DNA of 64,000 nt from assembly GCA_964462215.1 (NCBI GenBank), contig CAYWVZ010000002.1, positions 2,880 to 66,879 of the forward strand, given 5' to 3'. Positions 19,067 through 29,674 of the stretch are shown one piece after another. A program made the translations under genes and the position numbers. Within the stretch, counting starts at the first letter, position 1, and the number at the start of each line of letters is the position of its first letter. The DNA is from an uncultured Candidatus Saccharibacteria bacterium (GTDB lineage Bacteria > Patescibacteriota > Saccharimonadia > Saccharimonadales > JAUPVS01). Under the pieces are notes generated by a model. It was given only the letters and a program-made list of their open reading frames with translations, ran no database searches and had not been told where the DNA came from.

Positions 19067-19820
19067 GTTCGTTTTTGATGCGTTGGCGCAACGGACCCCG
19101 GGACCACTCTTCCGTATCAATGGAATCAGCTAAGTTAGTTTTGCTGGCCGCAGCTACCGACCGCTCAACCATCTTCCTGTCTTTGCGTGTAAGGCGCGGG
19201 GTCAAAGAATGTATGGCGGTCATTTGCTCCTCTGTCGGAGTGTCGGTTGCCAGGAACACCTTATCGGGATAGTCTAGCGTAACCGCGATAACCGTCTTGG
19301 CGAGATGTTGAGTAATGTCTTCCAGCGTGCGAACAAGCGGCCGGTCGGTATGCTCAGCAGGCTCACTGCCAAGTAACTGTACGGCCCGAATTGACCTGAA
19401 TAGACCATTGGTAAGGACAGACCTTGGCTCCAGCGGCACGGCTTCGGGTGATTGTATCCGTATAGGCTGCATAGCCCTCGTTGACTGAAGATGCCCAAGG
19501 CCGGTATGCGCCAAGGCTTCAGAATAAGCCCCTAACCCGTTGCCGGTGCTAGGAAAACCGGGCAATCTTGACTCAAGCACTACCTCTAGATTTTCGGGGC
19601 CATACTCGGGCTGTAAAAAAAGCCTTGAGGCGCCGAATGCAACCCCTGCCACCAGAGCAGCAGCCGGGCCGCGATCGGATTCTTTAATATATTTAATATC
19701 GCTGTCAACGCGTACATGCGGGTACTGATCGGCCAAAAACTCGGGCGTCACTTGCATAACGCCGGCCATGTCATCGGCCATGGTACCAAGCTGCTCCACT
19801 CGTTGTTCAAGACTACCCAT
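19029..19820 (-). CDS. Hypothetical protein (263 aa).
   Basis: ORF only. No recognised motif. Confidence 0.4.
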   Translation of the reverse strand: MGSLEQRVEQLGTMADDMAGVMQVTPEFLADQYPHVRVDSDIKYIKESDRGPAAALVAGVAFGASRLFLQPEYGPENLEVVLESRLPGFPSTGNGLGAYSEALAHTGLGHLQSTRAMQPIRIQSPEAVPLEPRSVLTNGLFRSIRAVQLLGSEPAEHTDRPLVRTLEDITQHLAKTVIAVTLDYPDKVFLATDTPTEEQMTAIHSLTPRLTRKDRKMVERSVAAASKTNLADSIDTEEWSRGPLRQRIKNELIMPPADPGSRF

Positions 19821-19945
19821 ACCAACTCCTGTTTATAGTTATATAATACTATATTCTTACAAAAATACAAAAAACTATCTGCGATGGTACATATCGGTGG
19901 AATGGTGTGCGAACGTGGCCGAAAGCTTATGGTATAGTTGTGTGT

Positions 19946-20755
19946 ATGAATGAAGATAACCAACAGCCCCAACCCACTATAACCCCTAACGAAGTACCGG
20001 CGCCGAGCCCCGCGGCCGATGTTGCCCCTCCTGCCCCGTCTGTAGGCAATGAGCCGCCCCGCTCCCATAAAAAACACACAATGTTGTTAATCGTGCTTCT
20101 TATCGTGCTTATCGGGGCAGCTGTTGCGGTGTTCTTCCTGGTGCGGCCAAAAAACAATGAAACGGCAAACCAAACTTCGACCCAGCAAACCGAAACTTCC
20201 ACGGTGCAACCGAACGGCGACATCACCACGGCATTCACCGCCGGGACCACCACCATTTCTGCTGCCCACCCCGCCGACTGGGAAGTAATTAACGAAGAGA
20301 ATTCGAAAGACGGCCAGGTATTGAGGAGCGTTGCCATCAAGTCGCCCGACGGGCATTACTTACGGTTCGCAACAAACGCCGGTGTCGGCGGCGACTGCCC
20401 GGACAACACCTACTCTTACACGCTTACCCAGAAGCTGCCCACCGCTTCGCCGAACATCTTCTTTACCGAATACACCACGACCGCCCCGGATTACCCAATA
20501 AAGTATTTCGCGATACAGGACTTTAGCAAGAACCAGCCCGGGAACACCACCAAGAATGTGGGGGACACGGCGACCAACGTCTGCACGCTCCCCGCCTACC
20601 CGATCGTCGGCGGACCAGGCTCAGAGAACGGCATATACGTTACGATTTCCAAGACCGCGGAGCGGCGACAGGGGGAACGGCTTACCTACGCCGACATCAG
20701 CAGCGACACCGCATTCCTTAAAATGCTCGAATCGATACAGGTTGTAGTTAACTAA
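19946..20755 (+). CDS. Membrane-anchored extracellular hypothetical protein (N-terminal TM, Thr/Asn-rich).
   Basis: MLLIVLLIVLIGAAVAVFFLV TM after a Pro-rich N-terminus. Confidence 0.45.
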   Translation: MNEDNQQPQPTITPNEVPAPSPAADVAPPAPSVGNEPPRSHKKHTMLLIVLLIVLIGAAVAVFFLVRPKNNETANQTSTQQTETSTVQPNGDITTAFTAGTTTISAAHPADWEVINEENSKDGQVLRSVAIKSPDGHYLRFATNAGVGGDCPDNTYSYTLTQKLPTASPNIFFTEYTTTAPDYPIKYFAIQDFSKNQPGNTTKNVGDTATNVCTLPAYPIVGGPGSENGIYVTISKTAERRQGERLTYADISSDTAFLKMLESIQVVVN

Positions 20756-20851
20756 TACCGATACACGTCCCAAACTGATAGTGCAGTAAGCCAGGGCGCC
20801 GGCGTGTAATTTCGAAAGTCCGAAGTTTTAGTGGTTGAAGCATACGTGAAA

Positions 20852-20928
20852 TGGTACGCCCTGAGGGATTCGAACCCCCGACCTTCTGGTCCGAAGCCAG
20901 ACGCTCTAATCCGCTGAGCTAAGGGCGC
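20852..20928 (-). tRNA. tRNA-Arg (anticodon TCG).
   Basis: Reverse complement GCGCCCTTAGCTCAGCGGATTAGAGCGTCTGGCTTCGGACCAGAAGGTCGGGGGTTCGAATCCCTCAGGGCGTACCA. Anticodon loop CTTCGGA. Confidence 0.8.
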
Positions 20929-20962
20929 ATATCAGGCGCTATTATAACAGATGTGGTGCAGC

Positions 20963-21685
20963 TTAGCGATACTCGGGGTTTTCGAAGTCGAAGCGGGCGC
21001 CGGCGTCCCATTCGGAACGTACGTTGCCATAGGCCGGAATGCCCCCGTTGTCGGCCAGCAGCTTAGACAGGTGCATTAGGTTCCAGGTCATAAAGGTGGT
21101 GTTGCGGTTGGTGAAATCGTTTTGCGGGCCACCGGAACCTTTGTCGAGGTAGCTGGGGCCGGGGCCGGCCTCGCCCACCCACGCCGCGTCAGCCTGCGGC
21201 GGCACCAGATAGCCGATATGCTGCAGGCTATAGAGTACGTTCATGGCGCAGTGTTTGGCGCCGTCTTCGTTGCCGGTAATCAGGCAGCCGCCGACTTTGC
21301 CGTAGTAGGCGTATTGGCCGGCCCCGTTGAGTTCACCGGAGTCGCTGTACAGCCGCTCAATAGTCCGTTTCATAACCGAGCTGTTGTCGCCGAGCCAAAT
21401 CGGTCCGCACAGCACTAAGATGTCGGCCGCCATAACCTTTTTATGCAGCTTGGGCCAGGCGTCGCTCTTCCAGCCATGCTTGGTCATATCCGGGTACACG
21501 CCAGTGGCGATATCTAGGTCAACCGGCCGCACTACCTCAGTTTTGACGCCATGTTTCTTCATAATCCCCCGGCTGATATCAATCAATCCCTGGGTGTTAC
21601 TGGTTTCGGGACTCTTTTTGAGTGTGCAATTAAGAAAGAGTGCGCTCAGTCCGCCAAAATCCCACTTTTTTTGAGTCGATGCCAT
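20963..21685 (-). CDS. Flavodoxin-like fold NAD(P)H-dependent FMN reductase family protein.
   Basis: General similarity to multimeric flavodoxin / FMN reductase (LVLCGPIWLGDNSS). Moderate. Confidence 0.55.
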   Translation of the reverse strand: MASTQKKWDFGGLSALFLNCTLKKSPETSNTQGLIDISRGIMKKHGVKTEVVRPVDLDIATGVYPDMTKHGWKSDAWPKLHKKVMAADILVLCGPIWLGDNSSVMKRTIERLYSDSGELNGAGQYAYYGKVGGCLITGNEDGAKHCAMNVLYSLQHIGYLVPPQADAAWVGEAGPGPSYLDKGSGGPQNDFTNRNTTFMTWNLMHLSKLLADNGGIPAYGNVRSEWDAGARFDFENPEYR

Positions 21686-21694
21686 GTTACCCCC

Positions 21695-22318
21695 TTAGAT
21701 TAATGTTTTCCAGTAGTACCAGAAGTGGTTAAGGATCAGGCCAATAATAATCACGAACCACACAACCAGGATGTCGCCGTGGTGGCGCTGCAGGAACGCC
21801 ACAAAATTGCGGCAGCCTGCCGGTACCGGAATGACACCGGTGCGCAAGTTGTAAAGCGTGGTATACCAAAAGATTGGAATAGTTACCGCCCAGACCACCA
21901 TACAATACGGGCAGAGCGCGCCGATGACGTAGACACTTTGGTAGAACAGCCAGTGGATGAATACAACGCCCAGGAATGTACCGAGCTGCAGGCCCCACCA
22001 AAACCAGCGCTTGAGGTTTTGTGCGCCGGCCAATAGCGTCATACCGACGCACAGCACAACTGCGAAGCTGGCAACACCAATCAGCGGGTTTGGAAAACCG
22101 AACAGGCCGGCCTGCCAGGTGCTCATGACCGTACCGCAGCTAATCAGTGGGTTAATGTCACAACTAAGGGCGTGGCTGGGGTTCGTGAGCAGGTGGAACT
22201 TTTCGATAGTGAGCGCAAAAGCTGCCACAAAGCCAACCGCTCCGCCAATAGTCAGAATCCACGGAAATGTTTGGGCTAACGTTAAGCCCGATGAGGACGT
22301 TTTCTTCTTACCCATCAT
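21695..22318 (-). CDS. Vitamin K epoxide reductase (VKOR) family membrane protein.
   Basis: Loop Cys pair ALSCDINPLISCG and TM CXXC (LCPYCMVVW). Confidence 0.75.
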   Translation of the reverse strand: MMGKKKTSSSGLTLAQTFPWILTIGGAVGFVAAFALTIEKFHLLTNPSHALSCDINPLISCGTVMSTWQAGLFGFPNPLIGVASFAVVLCVGMTLLAGAQNLKRWFWWGLQLGTFLGVVFIHWLFYQSVYVIGALCPYCMVVWAVTIPIFWYTTLYNLRTGVIPVPAGCRNFVAFLQRHHGDILVVWFVIIIGLILNHFWYYWKTLI

Positions 22319-22342
22319 TACCAGTATAGCACCCGCTCGTCG

Positions 22343-22828
22343 TTACTTAACGACCGATAAGTTGCGGGCAGACTTGTGTTTAGTGGTTCCGGCAACCCGC
22401 TTTACGGGAATACCGGGCTTTGTAGCCCGGCGACGCAGGACATAGCGGGTTAGCGATGCCCCAACAACAGCAAGCGTTACTCCAAGGGCCATACCTTCGG
22501 CGTACTCTACTAGAGTACATTCTTCCGGCTTTTGTTCCTCCAGCGCCACCATCGCCTCTTGGTAGCCATCGGTTACAGCATCAACCGCCTGATATGTCTG
22601 GACGAAGTTTTCTTCCAGCGGGTTCATATTTTCCAGTACCGCCTCGGCACCGCGTACCTGCAGGCCAATATCTTTAATCTGTCCGTCAAGAGAGTCCCTG
22701 AGGTTAACCACCGCAAAACGATCGTACAGTGACGTACCGACCCAACCAAGGAATCCGCCGGCCACGGCTATGCCGATTGTGTCGGCTGTCCGGGGTATAG
22801 AGGGTTGTTCGGGGTTTTCGTAATTCAT
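22343..22828 (-). CDS. Hypothetical membrane protein.
   Basis: ORF with two hydrophobic segments. Start 22828 (MNYENP). Confidence 0.4.
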   Translation of the reverse strand: MNYENPEQPSIPRTADTIGIAVAGGFLGWVGTSLYDRFAVVNLRDSLDGQIKDIGLQVRGAEAVLENMNPLEENFVQTYQAVDAVTDGYQEAMVALEEQKPEECTLVEYAEGMALGVTLAVVGASLTRYVLRRRATKPGIPVKRVAGTTKHKSARNLSVVK

Positions 22829-22859
22829 ATGCTCCCTGACAGGACCTGTCGCCCGCGGC

Positions 22860-23456
22860 CTAACTATCATCACTCGTGGGTTGGTTTTGACGCGAAGGCG
22901 GCAGGGATTTTGGGGCCGGTTCGGTGTGGGCTAGAGTTTGCTGCAGCACGTTGAGGACGCTTTTGGCATGGTCGCGGCTCATACCGACGCGGGCTACTAT
23001 TGACGGCTGGCCACCGGAATTGCCGGTATTGCCCGGGTTCTGTAAAAAGTTCATCACCACGCCGTGATTGTTGATGGTCACGTTGACCATATCGGTGTAC
23101 ATAACCCTGTTGTCGTGCTGCATAACCATGACTAGCGGCTTCATGGAGTTGGTTTCGTCAATCGGCAAAGGGTTATTAGCGTTAACGTTGGCGCCCGGCA
23201 AACGTTGCTGGTCATATCCGGCCAGCTCCCACAGCTGCAGGGCCTCTTCGTCTTGCGGGTCAAAATAGCTGATTAGCAGTAGCAGAACATCTTCGGCTGG
23301 ACGATGTTCGCCCTGTTCGATACGCACCAGCAGGTCGGGGTCAATTTCAACGGCGCCCGATACCTCTACGACGCTCTCGTGCAGTTTCTCGCGCAGCGAC
23401 TTCAAACGATGTCCTAGGTTTTTATATGGTCGGTTGTGTTTTGCTGGCTCACTCAT
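22860..23456 (-). CDS. XRE-family helix-turn-helix transcriptional regulator.
   Basis: LGHRLKSLREKLHESVVEVSGAVEIDPDLLVRIEQGE. Confidence 0.6.
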   Translation of the reverse strand: MSEPAKHNRPYKNLGHRLKSLREKLHESVVEVSGAVEIDPDLLVRIEQGEHRPAEDVLLLLISYFDPQDEEALQLWELAGYDQQRLPGANVNANNPLPIDETNSMKPLVMVMQHDNRVMYTDMVNVTINNHGVVMNFLQNPGNTGNSGGQPSIVARVGMSRDHAKSVLNVLQQTLAHTEPAPKSLPPSRQNQPTSDDS

Positions 23457-23523
23457 ACGCTACATCCATGGTACGCTGCCCGGCCTAGGCAATGCAAGCA
23501 AAAGCGTATACTATTTTAGGCAG

Positions 23524-24564
23524 ATGAAGATTTCCATTTCCGAAAATGTTTCGTTGAAGCAGTATTCCACCATGCGATTGGGCGGTTTGGCCCGGTATAT
23601 GGCGACGGTGAGGAGTGCCGACGAGGCCGCGGAAGCCGTGGCGTGGGCACGACAGCGCGAGTTGCCGTTTGTGGTAATCGGCGGCGGCAGCAACGTCATC
23701 TGGACCGATGCCGGCTTCCGCGGCCTCGTCATCGTCAACCGGATTGCCGGCTTCTCTACAGAACCGCTGGACGAACATGATGCGCTGTTCACCTTTGGCG
23801 CCGGTGAAGACTGGGATGAGCTGGTGCAGCGTACGGTAAGCATGGACTATAGCGGCCTGGAACTGCTGTCATGGATCCCTGGCCGAGCCGGCGCCACGCC
23901 CGTCCAAAACGTCGGCGCTTACGGCTACGAGATTGCCGACGTGCTGGTGTCGGTCGACGCCATTGACACGCATCAGGACGATCAAATGGTCACTATTGCC
24001 ACTGCTGACTGCGGCTTCGGCTATCGCAGCAGCCGCTTCAATGGCGTCGACCGCGGGCGTTTCTTCATCCTGGCCATAACCGTCAGGCTCAGCAAACACC
24101 ATCTCAAACCGCCTTTCTACTCCTCTATCCAAGATTACTTGCAGGAGCGCGGCATCACCGACTACACGCCGGCCGTTATGCGCGAAGCCGTCATCACAGT
24201 GCGTAAAAAGAAGCTGCCCGACCCCGACGAAGTCGCCAACAACGGCTCATTTTTCGCCAACCCCATAGTCAACCACACGCAGTTCGCGGACCTGCAAGAA
24301 CGCTACCCGGACATCGTGCATTGGCCGCTCGACGAGGGCCGGGTCAAACTATCCGCGGCCTGGCTGATCGACCAGGCCGGCTTCCACGACTATCACGACG
24401 CCGAAACCGGCATGGCCACCTGGAATAAGCAGCCGTTGGTACTGATTAACGAACACGCCCGTTCCAGCGGGGATCTGATGAAGTTTAAGGCCAAAATAGT
24501 CGACACCGTACAAGATAAGTTCGGTATAGCCCTCCATCAAGAACCGGAACTCATCGAAGCCTAA
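23524..24564 (+). CDS. murB: UDP-N-acetylenolpyruvoylglucosamine reductase MurB.
   Basis: FAD-binding LGGLARY...VIGGGSNV and MurB C-domain. Confidence 0.9.
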   Translation: MKISISENVSLKQYSTMRLGGLARYMATVRSADEAAEAVAWARQRELPFVVIGGGSNVIWTDAGFRGLVIVNRIAGFSTEPLDEHDALFTFGAGEDWDELVQRTVSMDYSGLELLSWIPGRAGATPVQNVGAYGYEIADVLVSVDAIDTHQDDQMVTIATADCGFGYRSSRFNGVDRGRFFILAITVRLSKHHLKPPFYSSIQDYLQERGITDYTPAVMREAVITVRKKKLPDPDEVANNGSFFANPIVNHTQFADLQERYPDIVHWPLDEGRVKLSAAWLIDQAGFHDYHDAETGMATWNKQPLVLINEHARSSGDLMKFKAKIVDTVQDKFGIALHQEPELIEA

Positions 24565-24590
24565 ACCTACTCTATAGCCCTGCTCTTAAC

Positions 24591-24600
24591 ACTTAACATG

Positions 24601-24606
<6 letters not shown>
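24591..24606. repeat. Perfect 16-bp palindrome ACTTAACATGTTAAGT (copy B, at the glyA stop / murB-glyA convergent junction).
   Basis: Read directly from the sequence. Preceded by a partial extra half-site CTTAAC. Confidence 0.9.
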
Positions 24607-25878
<1,272 letters not shown>

Positions 25879-25974
25879 GTGCGGGCTCCCTCTGCAACCC
25901 CTATTGTAAACGACTCGCGAAGCAAACCAAAAAAGTACTTTAAAAATATCGCCTGTGGTATATAATGGTCGGGT

Positions 25975-27498
25975 ATGTTGACAACCAACCAGAAAATTGG
26001 CCAACTTATTTACCAGATACGACAAGAGAGAGGGCTAACTCAGGCCGAGTTTGCCCGCCGCTTGAGTACCAGCCAGTCGGCCGTCAACCGGATTGAACAC
26101 GGCAAGCAAAACCTGAGCCTGGAAACACTGGGGCGCATCAGCGAAGTTTTACAGAAACCACTGATTACCATCAGTGAGGGTGCCGTAAACCTGAACATCG
26201 AGGGCGGACACGAACTGCACGGCACGATTACTCTTAAGACCAGTAAGAATGCCGCCGTGGCCCTGATTTGCGCCAGTTTGCTCAATAAGGGCACCACGAC
26301 ACTTAAGAATATCGCCCGGATCGAAGAAGTTAACCGCTTGGTTGAAGTGTTGAACAGCATTGGCGTACACACACGTTGGCTGGCCGGCAACGACCTCGAG
26401 ATTAAGCCGCCGGCCGAGCTCGACCTGGATAAAATGAATAAGACCGCCGCCCGCAAGACGCGCAGCGTGATTATGTTCATCGGTTCCCTGATGCACCTGA
26501 CGAATGATTTTAAAATCCCCTATGCGGGCGGCTGCGAGCTTGGCCGGCGGACAGTGGCACCGCATCTCTATGCCCTGCAGGAGTTCGGCGTTGAAGTCTT
26601 TACCCGCACTGGGCATTACCATGTTACGGTCAACAAGCAGGTACCCAAACGCCCCGTCGTCCTTTACGAATCGGGCGATACTACCACCGAGAATATTCTG
26701 CTGGCAGCCGCCCGTACCGAGGGCGAAACAGTCATCAAAATGGCCAGCGCCAATTACATGGTGCAGGATCTCTGTTTCTTCCTGCAAAAATTAGGCATCA
26801 AGATCAGTGGCATCGGCACCAGCACCTTAACTGTGCACGGCGTAGCGAATATCAAGAAAAATATCAGTTACACGCCCGGCGAAGACCCGGTCGAAGCCAT
26901 GACGTTCATCGCGGCTGCCATAACGACCAACTCTAAGATTACAATCAAGCGCGCACCTATCGAGTTTCTGGAGCTGGAACTGCTCAAGCTTGAAAAAATG
27001 GGTCTTGATTACACCATAACCGAGCCGTACAAAGCCGCCAACGGGCATACCGACCTGGTCGACCTAACCATCAAGAAGCACAACGGTCAGCTCACAGCAC
27101 CGGTGGAAAAGATTCACCCCAACGTCTTCCCCGGCCTAAACATCGACCATCTGCCGTATTTCGTACCCATCGCCGCCGTGGCCCGCGGCCGCACGCTTAT
27201 CCATGACTGGATTTATGAAGACCGGGCATTGATGTACACCGAGATGAAGAAGATCGGCGTCAATATCGAAATGGCCGACACCCACCGCGTGTATGTCACC
27301 GGCCCGACCACGTTCAGAACCGCCGACCTGGTGGCGCCGAGCGGTATCCGGCCGGCCGTTATGTTACTGATCGGCATGTTGGCCGCCCCCGGCACTTCCA
27401 TGCTGCGCAATGTCTACACCATCAACCGCGGCTACGAAGACCTGGCCGAGCGCCTTAATTCGCTCGGCGCCAAGATCACCGTCATTCACGAACTATAA
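25975..27498 (+). CDS. murA: UDP-N-acetylglucosamine 1-carboxyvinyltransferase MurA, with an N-terminal XRE-type HTH domain of about 70 aa fused in frame.
   Basis: HTH: IRQERGLTQAEFARRLSTSQSAVNRIEHGKQNLS. The MurA core starts at LNIEGGHELHGTITLKTSKNAAV with catalytic Cys in YAGGCELGRR. No alternative start lies between the domains. Confidence 0.85.
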   Translation: MLTTNQKIGQLIYQIRQERGLTQAEFARRLSTSQSAVNRIEHGKQNLSLETLGRISEVLQKPLITISEGAVNLNIEGGHELHGTITLKTSKNAAVALICASLLNKGTTTLKNIARIEEVNRLVEVLNSIGVHTRWLAGNDLEIKPPAELDLDKMNKTAARKTRSVIMFIGSLMHLTNDFKIPYAGGCELGRRTVAPHLYALQEFGVEVFTRTGHYHVTVNKQVPKRPVVLYESGDTTTENILLAAARTEGETVIKMASANYMVQDLCFFLQKLGIKISGIGTSTLTVHGVANIKKNISYTPGEDPVEAMTFIAAAITTNSKITIKRAPIEFLELELLKLEKMGLDYTITEPYKAANGHTDLVDLTIKKHNGQLTAPVEKIHPNVFPGLNIDHLPYFVPIAAVARGRTLIHDWIYEDRALMYTEMKKIGVNIEMADTHRVYVTGPTTFRTADLVAPSGIRPAVMLLIGMLAAPGTSMLRNVYTINRGYEDLAERLNSLGAKITVIHEL

Positions 27499-27519
27499 CG
27501 CAAGAAATTACAGCTCGTC

Positions 27520-29325
27520 TTACAATTTGTAGAATTCGGCGGCGTCTAGGTAGGCAGTGATGCCGGAGCCAGGTACCGTAATGATTTGCAATCGCACTTT
27601 AGTAACCTGGCTAGAGGTCGGCTGATAACCATAAGATACCAGACGACTGCCAAGTTCGGTTAAACCGCCTTTGTACTGCCCGGATATCCAGTTGCCGTTG
27701 GCATCGTATTCATCAATGTAGAAGCCGATTTCATCGCCCGCGCGGCTGGTTACCGTAAAGTGGTTGTTCCACGAGTATGACTGGCCGTGCTGGACGTCAA
27801 CTAGCGGTGAAAAGAAGTGGCCATTACCGCCGGATCGTGGAGCTGTCAGTTTTACCCTGCCCTGTCCGTCAACTTGTTCAGATACAATATTATTGGCATC
27901 ATCGGTTGTCCAGCCGCCCTCAAAACCATTGTCGAATGAACTGCCCAAGATTAGGACAGCCTCCGGCTTGGGCGGCTCGACTGGGTCGGTCGGCTCAATT
28001 GGTGCATCGACAGATGTGACCGGGAACCATTGCGGATTATCGAAGTAGGCCACGACCTGGCTGTTAGCGGCAGCTATGACCTGCAAGCTGGCCGTTGCCA
28101 CGTTGTTGCTGGAAGGCGTGTAGGTAAAATTCACGCTTTCGGCAAAGACTTCCCACTCGCCAATTTTGTATTGGCCGGATATCCAGTTGCCGTTGGCGTC
28201 GTATTCGTCAATGTAAAAGCCGATTTCGTCACGGGCGATAGATTCGATATTCAAGAAGCTCTTGAGCAGGTATTCGGTGCCGGCATTGACCGGTACTTTT
28301 GGTGAGAACAGATGGGCGTTAGAGGTTGTGGTAGAAACCAGTTTAACGGCATTTTGAGCATCAGGGTAGCTGCCGCGGTTACCGCTGTCGGCCGTGATAA
28401 CGTCGGGTCGGTCGGTTGTCCAGCCATCGCTGATGCCGTTATTGAACGTGCTGTTCGGCAGCAAGTTAGTGTCGCTGGCTGCCAACGCGTCGCTAATGTT
28501 TACCCCTTTGATGCCACGTTGTTTAGCGTAGGCGGCAATTTCATTCAAGGTAGCTTTGCTATATTCGTAATCAGCGATCTGGCCGTCCGGTACATCGCGA
28601 ATATCGTGGAATACCAACACCAGCCATTGGCCGTTTTGGGCAGCCGTGTCGATGTACTGCTTGACCGTGTCGGCACTAACGCCGGCTTGGACCTGCTGCA
28701 CCCGTAGTAAGTAGTCGCTGTAAGGCCAGGTATTGTAGCCGGTATCGGCAAAGCCGCGGTGAGAAGTATAGTGCTTGGCCACCTCTGCCAAAACGGCCGG
28801 GCTGTAGTCACCGAATGGGCTGGCAAAAGCCTTGGCGTCAATTCCATGGGCTGCCAGGTCAGCCTTGCTCTGTGCCAGTTCCCAGGCAATTTGTTCCTGG
28901 GTCAGCATGGCGGGCTGGTCTTGGGCGTCGGTAGAAGCCATGTAGGGATGGGTTACGGTATGCGAGCCGATTTCCCAACCGTAGGTGTCCTTTAGCTCAA
29001 CAACCTGGGCCCAGGTCAGGTACGGAGCGCTCGTGTCGCGGCATTGGGTTCCTTCAATGCAGCCGGTGTTAACATAATTTACACCAGTGTAGCCGTGTTG
29101 GGCCAGAACCGGCGCGGCATGTTCTAGGGAGCTGGCGTAACCGTCGTCAAAGGTAAAAGAGATTTTGGCGTCGCTTGACAGCGTAATATCGTCGGGGGCA
29201 GCCACAACATGGTAAAAGCCGACAAAAACAGCTACAGCCACCACAGCTGTCAGTGATAGCTTAGCGATTATGCCCTTAAATCCGCGCTTCTTCCTCACTT
29301 TTGCAGCTTGCCGCTTTCTGCCCAC
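27520..29325 (-). CDS. Polysaccharide deacetylase (NodB/CE4 domain) with two tandem C-terminal repeat domains of about 160 aa, probably carbohydrate-binding. It has an N-terminal membrane anchor.
   Basis: FTFDDGYASS NodB motif. Repeated DEIGFYIDEYDANGNWISGQYK blocks. Confidence 0.8.
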   Translation of the reverse strand: MGRKRQAAKVRKKRGFKGIIAKLSLTAVVAVAVFVGFYHVVAAPDDITLSSDAKISFTFDDGYASSLEHAAPVLAQHGYTGVNYVNTGCIEGTQCRDTSAPYLTWAQVVELKDTYGWEIGSHTVTHPYMASTDAQDQPAMLTQEQIAWELAQSKADLAAHGIDAKAFASPFGDYSPAVLAEVAKHYTSHRGFADTGYNTWPYSDYLLRVQQVQAGVSADTVKQYIDTAAQNGQWLVLVFHDIRDVPDGQIADYEYSKATLNEIAAYAKQRGIKGVNISDALAASDTNLLPNSTFNNGISDGWTTDRPDVITADSGNRGSYPDAQNAVKLVSTTTSNAHLFSPKVPVNAGTEYLLKSFLNIESIARDEIGFYIDEYDANGNWISGQYKIGEWEVFAESVNFTYTPSSNNVATASLQVIAAANSQVVAYFDNPQWFPVTSVDAPIEPTDPVEPPKPEAVLILGSSFDNGFEGGWTTDDANNIVSEQVDGQGRVKLTAPRSGGNGHFFSPLVDVQHGQSYSWNNHFTVTSRAGDEIGFYIDEYDANGNWISGQYKGGLTELGSRLVSYGYQPTSSQVTKVRLQIITVPGSGITAYLDAAEFYKL

Positions 29326-29476
29326 CGGTAACCATTAGATTTAAATATGATACAACAGACTTGTAGATATATCAATTAAATAACAAGATAAGCTTAATCA
29401 TTATGAAATAAAGTTTACAGCTGTGCATTTTATGTGAGATAATATGCGTGTTACTAACTATAGTTAGGAGTTTGGG
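29326..29476. promoter_or_regulatory. AT-rich divergent intergenic region between the polysaccharide deacetylase (-) and the small-membrane-protein/GT2 operon (+). Presumed bidirectional promoter region.
   Basis: About 150 bp of roughly 25% GC flanked by divergent starts. TATAAT/TTGACA-like hexamers are plentiful and not individually assignable. Confidence 0.4.
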
Positions 29477-29659
29477 ATGTCCGGTGGCGGTGGAGTCTTC
29501 TTAAGTATCGCAACCATAGTGGTCGGCGTCGTGTCATTACCGAACGCCAGTTCAAATATTTTGTTAACCTGCCTTTCGGCATTGTGCGCGGTCGCTGGCG
29601 CACTGATTCTTATTACAACCCTGGTACGGTTCGTTGCTAAGAAGTTTTATCGAATGTAG
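29477..29659 (+). CDS. Small two-TM membrane protein (60 aa) immediately upstream of the GT2 synthase. Possible IcaD/PgaD-like accessory subunit.
   Basis: Hydrophobic ORF. The position is the only functional evidence. Confidence 0.35.
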   Translation: MSGGGGVFLSIATIVVGVVSLPNASSNILLTCLSALCAVAGALILITTLVRFVAKKFYRM

Positions 29660-29674
29660 TCCCTAGATAATCAA

